A stretch of DNA of 64,000 bases from Epiperipatus broadwayi (lineage: Eukaryota; Animalia; Onychophora): contig JAQFVV010000001.1 of the NCBI GenBank assembly GCA_028023455.1, positions 29,760,001 through 29,824,000 on the forward strand, in the 5' to 3' direction. Position numbers and translations under genes: made by a program. Below, piece after piece: positions 37,640 to 49,983 of the stretch (position 1 is its first letter; the number at the start of each line of letters is the position of its first letter). Under the pieces are notes generated by a model, which saw only the letters and a list, made by a program, of their open reading frames with translations, did no database searches and was not told the origin of the DNA.

Positions 37640-40600
37640 TTAGCTGGTTTCTTCCGGATTCTTTGACTTCGTGGAATACAGCTTTCGGGAATAGGATCAA
37701 TCATTTTACTAGAGTCATCTGGGTCAGGTTCTGCATTGTCATCTTTTGATTTGCAGGTAATAATTTCTCTTGTGTTAAGGGAGGCAGATTATCAAACTCT
37801 GCTCTAGGCAATAAGTCCCATTGGGTTTCCTTTTTAACAGATTGTTTTGTCCATGTTGGTCATAGTAAATCTTTTTCTCAAATGATTAATATGACGTCTT
37901 ATAAGTAATCCATTATCAAGTTTTATTAATCGTATAACTTCAGATATATTATTGGTAATAATCCCTGATATCCAAATCCTTTTTAAATAATCACGAACCC
38001 ATACATTTTCGCCAATCATGAATCTTTGGGGAGTAGAACAATGGGATTCTATTGTTTTCTTTGCTTTTGGTAGTAATTTAGACAGATGTGTCCGACATGT
38101 TCTATTAAACAACAACTCTGCTGGTGATCTTCCATTAATCGCAATAGGCAGGAAATGTTGATAAAACATGATATCAACTAGTGCTTCATCCATGTTAAGT
38201 GCTTTACTTTTCTTCAAACTTGATTTCAAATTTTGAACTGCCTTTTCTGCTAGTCCATTTGAAGCTGGGTGATAAGCTGGCGTTAGAATGTGATGAATAC
38301 CTTTTTCTGCCAAATATGATTCAAAATCAGTAGACGTAAATGCAGTGCCATTATCAGACACTAATGTCTGTGGATAACCATGGGTTGCAAAAATCTCTTG
38401 TAAAGCTTTAATCATGCATCTAGTACTCGTAGTACTTACAATTCTATACTTGACCCATTTACTGTAAGAGTCTATTGCTACTAAAATTAAATATCCATTT
38501 ACAGGTCCAGCAAAATCTATATGTATTCTTTCCCAGGGTGTTTTAGCCTCCACCCAGGGTACTCGGCAAATTTGCTCCAACCTGACAATCGTGACACAAT
38601 TTTACAGTTCTTTCAATATCTTGATCAATACACGGCCACCAAACATAGGAACGTGCAAGAGCTTTCATGCGGATTATGCCTGGGTGACCAGCATGCAACA
38701 TTTTTAACACTTGTTGGCGTCCCTCTAGTGGTAAAAATACACGATCATTCATAACTATGCAATCATTACAAATAGATAGTGAATGACGTGCATTCCAGAT
38801 TGCTATAGTTACATAGTTTGGCCGATTATTTGGCCATCCATTTCGTATCCAGATTTTTTAATTGTCGGCAACCAGGATCTTTTACAGTCCATTTAGAAAT
38901 TTTTACACTATCTAGATTATCAGTTAATTTAATAATTTCCAATAAATTAACTTCAACAAATTTTTGTGGTATACTATCTCTAGCTGGCAAACATGACAAA
39001 GCATCAGCATGTGCTATCTCCTTTCTGGGTTTGTAGCATAGTTCATAGTCATAGGCAGCTAAAATGTTAATCCATCTGAGAAACCTTTGACTAACTTGCT
39101 CTGGTATTTTTTTATTTTTTCCAAAAATTCCAAGCAAAGGACGATGATCCGTGAATAATTTAAAACTGCGACCATAAATATATTGATGGAACTTTTTGAT
39201 CGCAAATATAATAGCCAAAGCCTCTTTGTCAAACTGACTGTAGTTTTTTTTAGCTGAAGATAATGTTCTGGAAGCATATGCTATGGGTCTTTCTTGTCCA
39301 GCTATGAGATGTGAGATTACTGCCCCTACTCCATGATCTGAAGCATCTGTTGTAATCACTACTTCCTGATCACTACAATAATGCATTAATAGGGTTTCGG
39401 ATGCCAGTAGATCTTTTGCTTTTTCAAAAGCAACTCTATGTTCATTCAACCATTTCCAGCGTTGTCCTTTTCTCAGTAAATCATACAGAGGAGTCAAAAA
39501 ATGAGCTTTACCACAAAGATAATTTTCGAAAAAATTCAATAATCCAAAGAAAGCTTGTAAATCCTTAACATTTTTTGGTGTAGCAGCTTTTTTCACATCT
39601 CTTACTTTTTCTGGATTAGTATATTTTCCCTGTCTATTTATTATGTGACCCAGAAATTTAATTTCTGGAGTGGACCAGATACATTTTCCTGCATTTATGG
39701 TAGCACCAATTTAGTTTAGTTTTGCACAAACTGCCATTACACGGTTTTCCAATTCTTCTTCAGATTGGGCAGAGATCAGTATATCATCTAGATATGGGAT
39801 TACACCATTCATAATTCTGAAACAATCTATCCATTTTAGCTTGGAAAATATTAGGTGCTATAGTAATCCCAAAAGGTAGCCTATTACACTTAAACAGTCC
39901 AACATGAGTAGTGAGTGTTAACAGATTTGCAGTTTTTTCAGTAACTGGAATTTGATGGAAAGCAGATTTCAGATCCATTTTTGCAAAGAATGAGGCCTTT
40001 TGTAATGATGCTAATATCTCAGGCACACTTGGTACTGGATAAGCACTTTTATTAGTGTACTTGTTAACAGTAATTTGGTAATCTCCACAAAAACGAATTG
40101 TTCCATCTGGTTTTACAATTACTACTACAGGAGTAGCCCATAATGAGTCCTCCACCAGTGACAAGACACCTTTTGCTACCAAATCTGCAATAGTTTCTTC
40201 TACCTTTGGTCTCAGAGCAAATGGAATTTTTCGAGGTCTGCAAACTATAGGCTGTGCATCATTAGTCAAATCTACATCCACTGGTCTTGTTTTTAATACA
40301 GCGATGTCTTTGTTGAATAGCTGTGGGAACTTATTTCGAACCTCAGTCTCTAATTTAAATTTTTTAATGATCTTTATACAAATGCCTAAAGGATGAAACC
40401 AATTTCTACCCAGTAAAGGGCTAATGTCTCTTTTAACAATGTATAATGGCAAAACTTTCTGTTTCTGATTTAATTTTACCAGAACACAAACCTTTCCACA
40501 TAGTTGTATCTTATTACCATTTACATCTGTAGCTATAACATTTGTTTTACACAATTTTAACTTCTGCTGAGCTCTAGCATTTATTTGGTTCCAATCTTTC

Positions 40601-41501
40601 AAAGATAATACAGACAATCCGGCACCACTGTCCACTTCCATGGTGACTTTGCTTTCACAAATGGATACTGCTAGTGTAATTTGATTATCTGCAGTGTTCT
40701 TCAAAGAGTTAATTGTGGATTTCTTAACAGCTGCCTTCTGTCCAGATTTAAAGTCTGGGCATTGATTTTCTTTACTACCCTTTTTGCATACACGGGCCAG
40801 ATGTCCTTTTCCACCACAGACGCGACAATTTTTCTTCTTATATCTGCAGCCCTTCTTAGTATGTCCAGCAATTCCACAACAGTAGCAAATCAGTTCATTT
40901 GGTGTAGTCCTGATAGCAACTTTTTCTATATTAGCTTTAAAAACGCTGGTGGTAGGATTTATTTCTTTACCGATTGTCTGGAATTCTGATGCATTAGCTA
41001 TTGTCAGCTCATGTGCTACACATTTCTCCACAGCTGTCCTAAATGTGATATCACCTTCACTTAATAGCATTTTCCTCAAATGGTGATCTGTCATACCATA
41101 TAGAAATTGATCTAACAGTGTGTCTTCCAAATCAATAAATTCACAATTCCTAGCACATCCTCGCAAGGCCAGATTGTATTCCTGACATGTCTCCCAAGGT
41201 AACTGCTTTCTCATTCGGAATCTTAAGCGAGCTATCCTCTTCGTGACTGCTGGATGGAAATATGTAGTTAGTTTTCCTACTAATTCACTATATGCACATC
41301 TTCAGGAATCTTTGTATCACATAGCTGCTTGGCAATTTGCACAACATCAGTTCCCGCATAAAATAATAAAGTTGAGACTTTTAACTTCTCATCTTCTACC
41401 TTACTAAGACACATAAAGCGGTCCAACTGCTCCACATATAAATTCCATCCTGAAGGATTACTCACATCAAACTCTCGTAAGTTTTGTGTGGGAATGGCCA
41501 T
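37640..41501 (-). pseudogene. gag-pol polyprotein pseudogene of the Mag-like element
   Basis: ORF pieces at 41280-41501 (gag N-terminus), 39784-41214 (CCHC x2, protease VDSGAG, RT), 38826-39596 (RNase H TDASDHGVG), 38543-38752 (HHCC) and 37834-38580 (integrase IHIDFAGP, SDNG, GLAEK). YLDD (39783-39794) is out of frame. In-frame TAA at 39711-39713, plus frameshifts near 41290, 39800, 38855 and 38555. Confidence 0.93.
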
Positions 41502-41590
41502 GTTTCTTGATTATGTCTACCAGTATTAAATTTCCACTAATACAATTTAGATTACAATCCTGGAATCTGTATTTTATCCTAAATATGAGG

Positions 41591-41608
41591 AACCTGTCGA
41601 CTGCGCCA
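41591..41608 (-). promoter_or_regulatory. Primer-binding site, probably tRNA-Ser
   Basis: TGGCGCAGTCGACAGGTT lies 2 nt after the LTR end. It is complementary to a serine-tRNA-type 3' end (...CGACTGCG-CCA, from memory of insect tRNA-Ser). Confidence 0.75.
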
Positions 41609-41610
41609 TC

Positions 41611-42150
41611 TGCACTGTCCACAGGGAGTTTTAACTCAGCTGTGGTAGCATAAAGAAATAAATATAAAACTAGGTAAAAGTAATAAAATATTAGTTTAAT
41701 TATTAATACAATAGACATAAACAGGCCTGCATACATGTATAACTAAGGTTGATAACACATCCTTTAATTAGAATTTGCAATGAATATAAATATATAATTC
41801 AGCGTTTAGCAAAAAGCACATTATACGTAGTTATTAGTTTACTGAACTTAGAACTGTCTTATTCTTTCTCAGTCTACTTACGTAGAAATAGTAGTAAGAA
41901 CTTCAGGAATGATTCCCAATTTAGTATTTCTCTTTAGTAGGTTCTATAACTGTAACCATAATTTCAGTTTGTTAAATAAAAGACCGCTGTCTTATTAATC
42001 TTTTTAGAACAGATGCGTAACTATAGAAACCAAACCTTATTACCGCGCAGAATCCACTAGAAGCTCTTCAATCGACTTCTCGTTTAATTAATACAGTTAA
42101 TTTACTTTAACTTTATTAAAGTATGTATATATATATGTTTATATATTACA
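41611..42150 (-). repeat. 5' LTR (540 bp)
   Basis: Begins TGTAAT and ends GTGCA on the minus strand. 12 substitutions and 3 indels relative to the 3' LTR. Confidence 0.95.
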
Positions 42151-43163
42151 AAAGTAAAAAATAATCTTACACTAGCATATTTTTCCATTTCTGTAATAAA
42201 ATATTTCAAAAATGTAATACTAATGTGAAAGATGATCAAGTTAATTTTGTTAAGCCTTTTACATGAGAAAAGAATTAGATGAGAGAACACAACAATTTCT
42301 AAACAGAATAGAAAAAATAAAATAAAATAAAAAATTATCAAAAAAAATCAAAAGATTAAACAGTTTTCTACATTAGAACAAATTTTTAAAATGCTCATTT
42401 TATTCTACACTTGCATTAATATTTATTTTAGCTACTATAACACAAAAATCCAGCAAGACTCCAAATAATATGAACAGATTCTAATATATAGATGTGGATA
42501 TATATTCCATATACACATATATCAATAATAAAACCATTATGGTCATATTGCTTATTTAAAAATATTTAATATATTATCCAAGGGCCGACAGATACTGAAA
42601 ACTATTATAATTCTTATTTCCATTTACAAATTGTATTTTTCCCCCTCTTATAGTAAACTTAACAAAAAAGTTAAATACCATCTCTTTTCCATGTTTAACA
42701 TAAAGTTAAAAAATTTTCTCATTCATACATTCATATTAATGAAAATATTAATGCAATTATATATTTATAAAATACATGTTAATATTGTTTTGGGATAGGT
42801 GGAATATTGACCAAAACTCTTTCAGAATCTGTTATTAAGGTTAAGATTTGAAATATAGGCATTCTTATACCTGGAACTTAATAGTAGATATAGGGGATTT
42901 GAATTCAGATTTTCAAACAACTTTCAACTATCCATCTCATTCTACTGATACACATATATTTATTAAGGTTAATAATAATTACCAATTTTATAATTTTATT
43001 TTTCAATATTAAATATGAATATTTTGAAATTAACTGCATTACTATATTTCTTTTCATAAAAACTGTTAACAATTCTTTAATTAAATTATTCTCTTTTATT
43101 ATTTAACTAAAATATTAAAAAAAAAAAACAATTTTAAATAATATATATGCGAATATTTCTTAC

Positions 43164-43252
43164 CTGTTTTAGTAGGATCCATAATTTGTAAATTTGATGG
43201 CATATGTCGCAAAGCTAATACTTGGAAATGATTTTTCGTATGTCTTAAATAA
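43164..43252 (-). CDS. GINS4: GINS4/SLD5 internal coding exon (89 nt, phase 2-1)
   Basis: Acceptor gtacatttag, donor gtaaga. The GA|T junction gives D, then YLRHTKNHFQVLALRHMPSNLQIMDPTKT, similar to human FMANTESYLKNVALKHMPPNLQKVD. Confidence 0.92.
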
Positions 43253-44719
43253 CTAAATGTACAAAAAAATAATAATCAACATGTTTTTAGTAATAGGGAA
43301 AAAAATTTTTTTTGTCTATTTGTGTTTATATGTGCACACCTATGTACATTCAAAGCAAGTTGTCATACAGTTTCATAACATAGCCAACCTTACATTAACA
43401 TTCACTTTTTAAAAAATAGAAAGTTGTAAAAACAAAGTTTTTTTAAAAAATAAAGTTTGGTTAGTTGGCCTTTAATTAATATAAGACACATACATATTGT
43501 AACAGGGACCGGTTTAAACTCTGTTCCAAGGTAAAAAAGAGTTTAGGTAGCTAGACATATTTTGATGTACATATTTGATTGAATGAATTAACCAAAGCAG
43601 TCTTAGGAGGTCTTGTGCACATTTTATTTTGATGGAGTATGTGCATGTATATATTAAAATATATATATATAGTGTGTAAAAGAATTTAGAAAAATATTTA
43701 ATATATATACTTTTTATCGTATCTAATTTTGTTTTAATAAGATAAAAATATGTAGCAACAACTTTTGTTTTTGTCTATGGAATGCTTTTAATGTAAATCC
43801 TACTGAAAGTTACTTTTAAAAATGTTTTAACAAAATATTGAATCTAATAAAAACTTGCTAAAAAATTTTCTTTTGTGAGACAAAATCTGAAGACAAAGAA
43901 AAACGGATCTAAAATCGTAATGTCCTGGACTAATGAGATTGCACAGGATAAGGTTTAAAATGTAGAACTCTTTGAAGAGTGACGGAAAATAATGCTTGGG
44001 GACGAAAAGAATCTTCTAGAAAAATAAAAAGGATATATATATAGCGAAATCAGAATAAAAGTGGGTTCTTCTGATTTGTATTTTTGTGTTGCTTAGAATT
44101 TTATGCTATTGTGATTGCTGTCAATTTTTCTGAACTAAGGTACTATAAATAAAATATATATGTTAGTCGACATAAGTATGTTGGGGTGAAACCATAAACA
44201 TGGTAGGTTTTCATTCCCACTGCTCCATGAAGGAACTCAAAGCTGCTCCATGAGCCCGTAATTATTCAAACTTCAGGAATCCACATCCACATACCTTCAC
44301 CGTGTCAAATATTTGGATTCACTATCATTTTGACAGGAATTAAAACAAAGACTTTCTTTATGGACACTCTTTGTGGCCATGTCATTATTAAGTAAGCTTA
44401 CTTTAGCCGTGAATATGGACAATCTAATTTCCACCGGGGACCCAAAGGTAACAATATATTTTATTTCAAATGTATATGTGTATATATTATTAATTTCATA
44501 GTATAGTCTGTAATTATTTCTATTAAATCTCACAGATAATTGTAAAGATAAAATATTTAAGCTGTGTAATCAATTAGAATTTAATCTGTCAAAATATGTA
44601 TTTATGTTTATATTTCCATTAAATGATTGAGCACTATCATTCTTTTTTTTCTTTGTTATTTCATAGTTATTCATTTAATTAAAACGTTTATATGTTTTCT
44701 TACTAAACAATTTAATGCG

Positions 44720-45460
44720 TACTGCCCCAACTAACACGGTCTGATTATATTGATGGGGAATGTATATTAGTGCTTAAGGGGCATCCAGTATGATTGATAT
44801 ATCCTGGTTGGCACACATTATATTCTTTAAAGCCCCTGCACTACATTTTATTTAGATTAGTATTATTAGAAATTAAGTTTATAATTGGCCAGTACATTAA
44901 TAGTACTAAGTGGCCAGAGCATTTATGATGATCAGCATGCTTTAATATCCCAACATTATTATTTTGATTATTATATATTCTGATGAATTGGCATTTAAGT
45001 TGGTGCATCTAAATTAATTTTTAAATAATTGCCCAAGCTGGCAAGGGCTCAATAGATAGTCTGGTCAATGGAAGACTCAGTTCAAATCCAGTCACAAGAT
45101 TAACTGTTGATTTATTTTGATTGTTGGTCATTTATGATGATGAATGATTATTTTGAGTATTACTTACTTTATTTATTGATAATGCTAGTGAATGTAGTTA
45201 ATTTTAGTTGCTCTAAGGAGTTAACTAGGCTGAGATCTCACAGAGATCTTCTGATCTCATCCTCTTTTGAATATATAACATTTCTTATATATTTTTGGAT
45301 ATTAAATATCTCTTGCAATACTATCATATTTTATTACTTTATTATTTTATCTCATTATTTAAATTAAATTTTAATTGAAATATTTTATTTTACTTGGTAA
45401 TATTTTGCCATCACCCCTGGGACGATCAAAATACCCCCATCCAGTTATAATATATATATA
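44720..45460. repeat. Dispersed LTR-like repeat family, copy 3
   Basis: Colinear with 350-950 in the same orientation. Confidence 0.7.
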
Positions 45461-45659
45461 AGGGCAATAAGATTAATAAATTCACATAAATTTACTAACC
45501 ATACCCCTGCTTCAATTCTGTCTTTAACTCCATACTAACTAACAGTATTTATTTTCTTTTAAAATTTAACTGTCCAAGCATTAATCATTAAAAGTTTATT
45601 TAGGTTGCAAAGTTTTTTCAACTTCTATCTGCACCTATTTATAATTTTTTTTTTTTTGA

Positions 45660-45830
45660 GTGTCTGCAAAATTGAACTGATATCAATCAATCATTTATGA
45701 GATTATATCCAATGACGATTCTTAAAATATTTTTCCTAACAATGAAAGCCATACCAATTCTTCTTTATTGTATTTAGTCTGAAGAATAGCCAATACAATC
45801 TCCGGATATAAAATTTCTCAGTCCAGTCTG
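45660..45830 (-). mobile_element. RTE-type LINE endonuclease remnant
   Basis: The minus frame gives RRIGMAFIVRKNILRIVIGYNLIND*LISV, like the RTE APE motif RRNGVAFIV.K......GY...NDR.ISV. Confidence 0.55.
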
Positions 45831-47438
45831 CAAAATAGCAAATACATATATATTTTGTATAAATATTTAAAGAAACCTGGCATATTATTCAAAACTTCTT
45901 CAATCACCTAGCAGAAATCAAATAGTATTTGGAGAAAATATAATTGCGCCTTTCTTCCAGATATCATTAAAAAATTCAATGCTATTTAGTAGGGGGTTTA
46001 AGATTTTCCATTTCTTAATATAACAAAATGCTTGCAACACAAGACTATTAAATGCCAAGATAGTGTAATAAGCACTCACATCAATAAAATAATAAGTCTG
46101 AAATAAATAAATAAAAAATTACAATGAAATGTTAAATTAAAATTAATAATGATAAATTTATTATACAATCTTATTATAAGGCAAAAATAAATTAAATATA
46201 GTTCTCTTGCATTATAGAAGATTATTGTCTTATTTTTATAAAGCTGTGATTCTTAGACAATGGCAGATAATCTTGCTGGGTCAGTCAAAACTAATAACCT
46301 GATGAGCCGACAGCCTGCTTAATGAAAAATTGAGTGAATTTGAACAGTAATCTAATTTACTGCAATACTACCATAGCACTATAACTTAAATATAATAATC
46401 AGCTTTATAGTTTGATTGCACTCTATTGTACTATATATAATCAATCATATTAATAGAATACATTTGTCTCTTTTTTTAAATAATCTGCTTCCATGCTCTA
46501 TCTTGATACAAATAAATTTCTTATCATCTTTCATGTTTCCTTTTAGCTGAATAAAAGATATTAGACTTTTTAAAATATTTTAGATATTCTTTGGTCAGCA
46601 ACCCTAATAAATATATCTGCCTAGCAACTGATTCTGAAATAATGACTTCACTATATAAAAACTTCAAGAACCAAGTAATTAAACTTTTATATAACAGATT
46701 TGCTAAGTCAACAAGAGAGATGTAAGGCAACCAATAAAAATTTAAATTGAGTAGCATGCACCAATAATTTTTTTTCTATTGTCAGTATTTAAGTTTTGGA
46801 TTGCAAGAAAATTCATTTTTCTAGCAAGCAGAAAAAATCAAGCAAATTAAATAAATTACACATAATAGTGGAAGTAATTACAAACTAAATAGAATTTTAA
46901 CCAATCAAACCTTCCAAATTTGCAGCATATTCATCAAAAGTCAGTTTACAAACAATCTGCTCATTAGATAAACTAGAGATCTGAACTGTGAATTATCCAC
47001 ATAGAAATAATGATGTGACTTTCTATTTATATATCTTAATTATTTACAATCTGTTTGATTAGTAGCTTGGCTGTTTTAGCAATAAATCGTACACAAACTC
47101 ATAATATGGTGTTTAATATGCCTCAATATGAAATCACACATTAATCAAATAAAAATTTACTGATTAATATTTTTTCCTCTCATCACCTTTTTCCAGTAAT
47201 GTTCTGTAATTTTTAGAAATTAAGATGTATCCTTTTATTTTTACTAGCTTTTAATCACATTTACATAGAAATACTGAATAGTTAAAAATAATAAGTTTTG
47301 AATTCTATTTGCTGGGGGGAGGGGAGGGGGTGAAAATCACAAATTAAGTACAGCAATTAGGCTAAAAAACAAAATAGAAATATGGCATCATGAGAATTAG
47401 ATCTATTTACTTACAGATATTTATTTAACCATATATAT

Positions 47439-47903
47439 CAGGGGTGGGCAAATAGTGGCCCGAGGGCCACATGCGGCCCTCCAAGACAATCAGGAAAATC
47501 CATCTTGAACTGAGATTTCCTTCCTGTGCATGACTGAAGATTCGTCTCTTATTTTCCACTAGGATGGCCACATCAATACACATGCACAGTGTAGATACTA
47601 TGTGCAGGGCTTTTCCAGTTGATCAACTTAATTTCAATTTTGTCTTTGCATTAACAAAATATATACATTTCCAACTTTAGTGAAACCATGAACCTTCCAA
47701 AAAAATCAGTGATGAATGTCATGTGTTTAATGAAGAATGGCCAAAAAAATATTTCTTTGGTAATACAGGGTATAAAGCAGAGTGTTTATTGCATCATGAA
47801 AAAGGCGCGGCCCTCCTCTAACCTTCACTTTTACAAAGTGGCCCCCAATGTGGCCCTCCACCAACCTCTGTGGCCCTCGAGCCAAAACAATTGCCCACCC
47901 CTG
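47439..47903 (+). mobile_element. Non-autonomous hAT (SPIN/Charlie-like) deletion derivative, 465 bp
   Basis: TIRs CAGGGGTGGGCAA / TTGCCCACCCCTG and exact 8-bp TSD ATATATAT (47431-47438, 47904-47911). The interior retains KKISDECHVFNEEWPKKYFFG...AECLLH, the N-terminus of SPIN/GTF2IRD2-like transposases. Confidence 0.9.
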
Positions 47904-49673
47904 ATATATATAATTTTAAAATTTGTATATAGTGGAACTGTAAACTATCTATATTTTATTCAAAGCTCCTTGCGCATGTAAAAAAATGTTATTTCACATT
48001 TTGTTGACACACATTGATTAGAATAGAATAAATACCTTATTTAACTGCATGTGTACAATAATTTTTTAACATGCACATATATATAATGTGTACACTCTTT
48101 TATATGGATAATATGTATAAATAAAGATTATAATATAAACAAAATTTTAAAAAGTAAATAGTAATATAATTATTATTATAATGAAGGGGCATATTTACAT
48201 ATATTTTACAGATGTGTTCACTCATGCATTCATTGAAGCAATAAGAATAAAAAAACAAATACTAACTACCATATCTTTATTTTTAAAATAAAGCAATAAT
48301 GATATATCTGACTTTCTTTGCTATTAAAAATGCACTGTGCAATACATTAGACTTTTTTTTTTTTAAAAAAAAACCAAACTTATTTCTCTTACAGAAACAC
48401 AGTAGTAAACTTCTTATCAAAAAATTAGGATCTCTAATTAGTTTGATGTAAAACTTTTAGCATTATTTTCAGAAAATATTTTATTTTGCAAAATACTGCA
48501 CATCAATTTCAGAAGAGATAATAAAGGAAGAATAAAATAAACTGAAGAAATTTTATTAATATATATAATCATGCATAGTATCTGAGGTAGAAAAACACAG
48601 GTGAATGTAAAATTTCTTTACAAATTTTATTTTATAAATGTGATTGCATATGGTGATTAGAGAAAAAATAATGGTTGCTTGAATACTGTAAATGAATTAT
48701 TAATGTTTTTTATTTGTTTATTTACATTTTTGTTTTGTTTGTCTACATTTTTCATTGGATAATGTATAAATAAAATCATGTAATTAGGTACAAGGTAGCT
48801 TGTGACTCTAATGAATATTAATTTATTTACTAGTGTTAATTTATTAATTTTTTAAAAAAGATTGAATATTCAGGATTAAATAAAAAATATTACTAAAGTA
48901 TATATAATTTATGAGGATGAAAAAATTTGAAGAGCTCCAAATAATTTTTACCTGATTAAGAATTGCTGTTGAAATATAGTGTACGTATAAATATAATTTA
49001 TGAACAGCAATATGAAATCATAACAAATCTTACCGATTCTGTCGGAAATAAAAATTCAAGAGTATCCTTGAACATAAATAATTTCTCTCCATATTATAAT
49101 TCCAAAAATTACTGTTTGTAAATGCATTATTATATATTTTTTCCTGTATTCAAGATTTAAACATGGCTTTCAAAATGTAGCACATACTAATTTTACATTT
49201 GATATTAATGCTGTTTTATTATTCACTTCATCTCGACTCATAGCCTTTTGTCCCAGAATACAGTTAAATCACCATAGGTGAATAATAAAACAGCGTAATA
49301 GAAAAGTAAAAAATTAATGTGATATATTATAGTTGGATGATTTTATTCACTGTTTATCTACTGAGTCATAATTTTCTTTTATTTAACAAATTTAGTATCC
49401 TTCTAAATTAGAAATCTTACATTAAATGCAATCTGTACATTAAAGCTAAAAAAAAAAAAGTTCATTCTTTTAATAATTTTCAGTAATACAGGCAAAATAA
49501 TATTAATCCACTATAATCTGAAAACTGTTACCATCAGAAGAAATGAGAAATTGTAATATATTATTGTTTACATAAAAAACATATTTAGATAACTTTAAAA
49601 AACAATATTTTATAAACAAAACAATTGAGTTAACAAGATTACCCAATATTTATTAATCACTCAATACACTTAC

Positions 49674-49771
49674 TCTTCTAAAAAATTTTTTTCTTCATCA
49701 GAAAGAAGAACTGGATCATTAGATTCTCTTTGTAAATCTTTATTTAATATGTACTGTGAAAATTTTTCAAT
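49674..49771 (-). CDS. GINS4: GINS4/SLD5 internal coding exon (98 nt, phase 0-2)
   Basis: Acceptor ttattattttag, donor gtaagt. Translates IEKFSQYILNKDLQRESNDPVLLSDEEKNFLE+GA, similar to human IEKFFPHVLEKE...LSPEELAF. Confidence 0.93.
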
Positions 49772-49929
49772 CTAAAATAATAATAAAAAAGTTTTAAATG
49801 CTCTCACATAACTTTAGTTAAAAAACAGAAAAAAGTAAAAGTAAATAGGCTGTGCTATATTTAATAAATGCAATAAAATAAAAGAAAGTTTTAATAATTT
49901 TTGTAACAAAAATAATATAAATAGAATAC

Positions 49930-49983
49930 CTTTTCTAACCTAATTCGCAGGTAACTTGATAACACAAAGCGAATTCGCTGCAA
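49930..49983 (-). CDS. GINS4: GINS complex subunit 4 (SLD5), internal coding exon (54 nt, phase 0-0)
   Basis: Minus strand: acceptor ttttttttaatag, donor gtattc. Translates LQRIRFVLSSYLRIRLEK, matching the SLD5 motif MERIRYVLSSYLRCRLMK (human, from memory). In frame with the next exon. Confidence 0.93.

Larger units (their letters stand above)
37051..42150 (-). mobile_element. Full-length Ty3/Gypsy LTR retrotransposon, Mag-like, coding-disabled
   Basis: Direct LTRs 37051-37603 and 41611-42150, both TG...CA. TSD AAAGT at 37046-37050 and 42151-42155. PBS 41591-41608, PPT 37604-37621. A single gag-PR-RT-RH-IN order. The 5-bp TSD and two CCHC knuckles fit the Mag lineage (established knowledge). 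Confidence 0.97.

Noticed and set aside
38521-41937. + strand ORFs 38521-38754, 38818-39036, 40681-40989 and 41749-41937
   Set aside because: Antisense or LTR shadows of the Gypsy element with no independent motifs.
46200-46972. Possible P-element/THAP9-like remnant, or extra exons (IVCKLTFDEY; ORF 46524-46757)
   Set aside because: Motif spacing does not fit a P transposase well, and the frames are not compatible with the SLD5 alignment; too weak to call.
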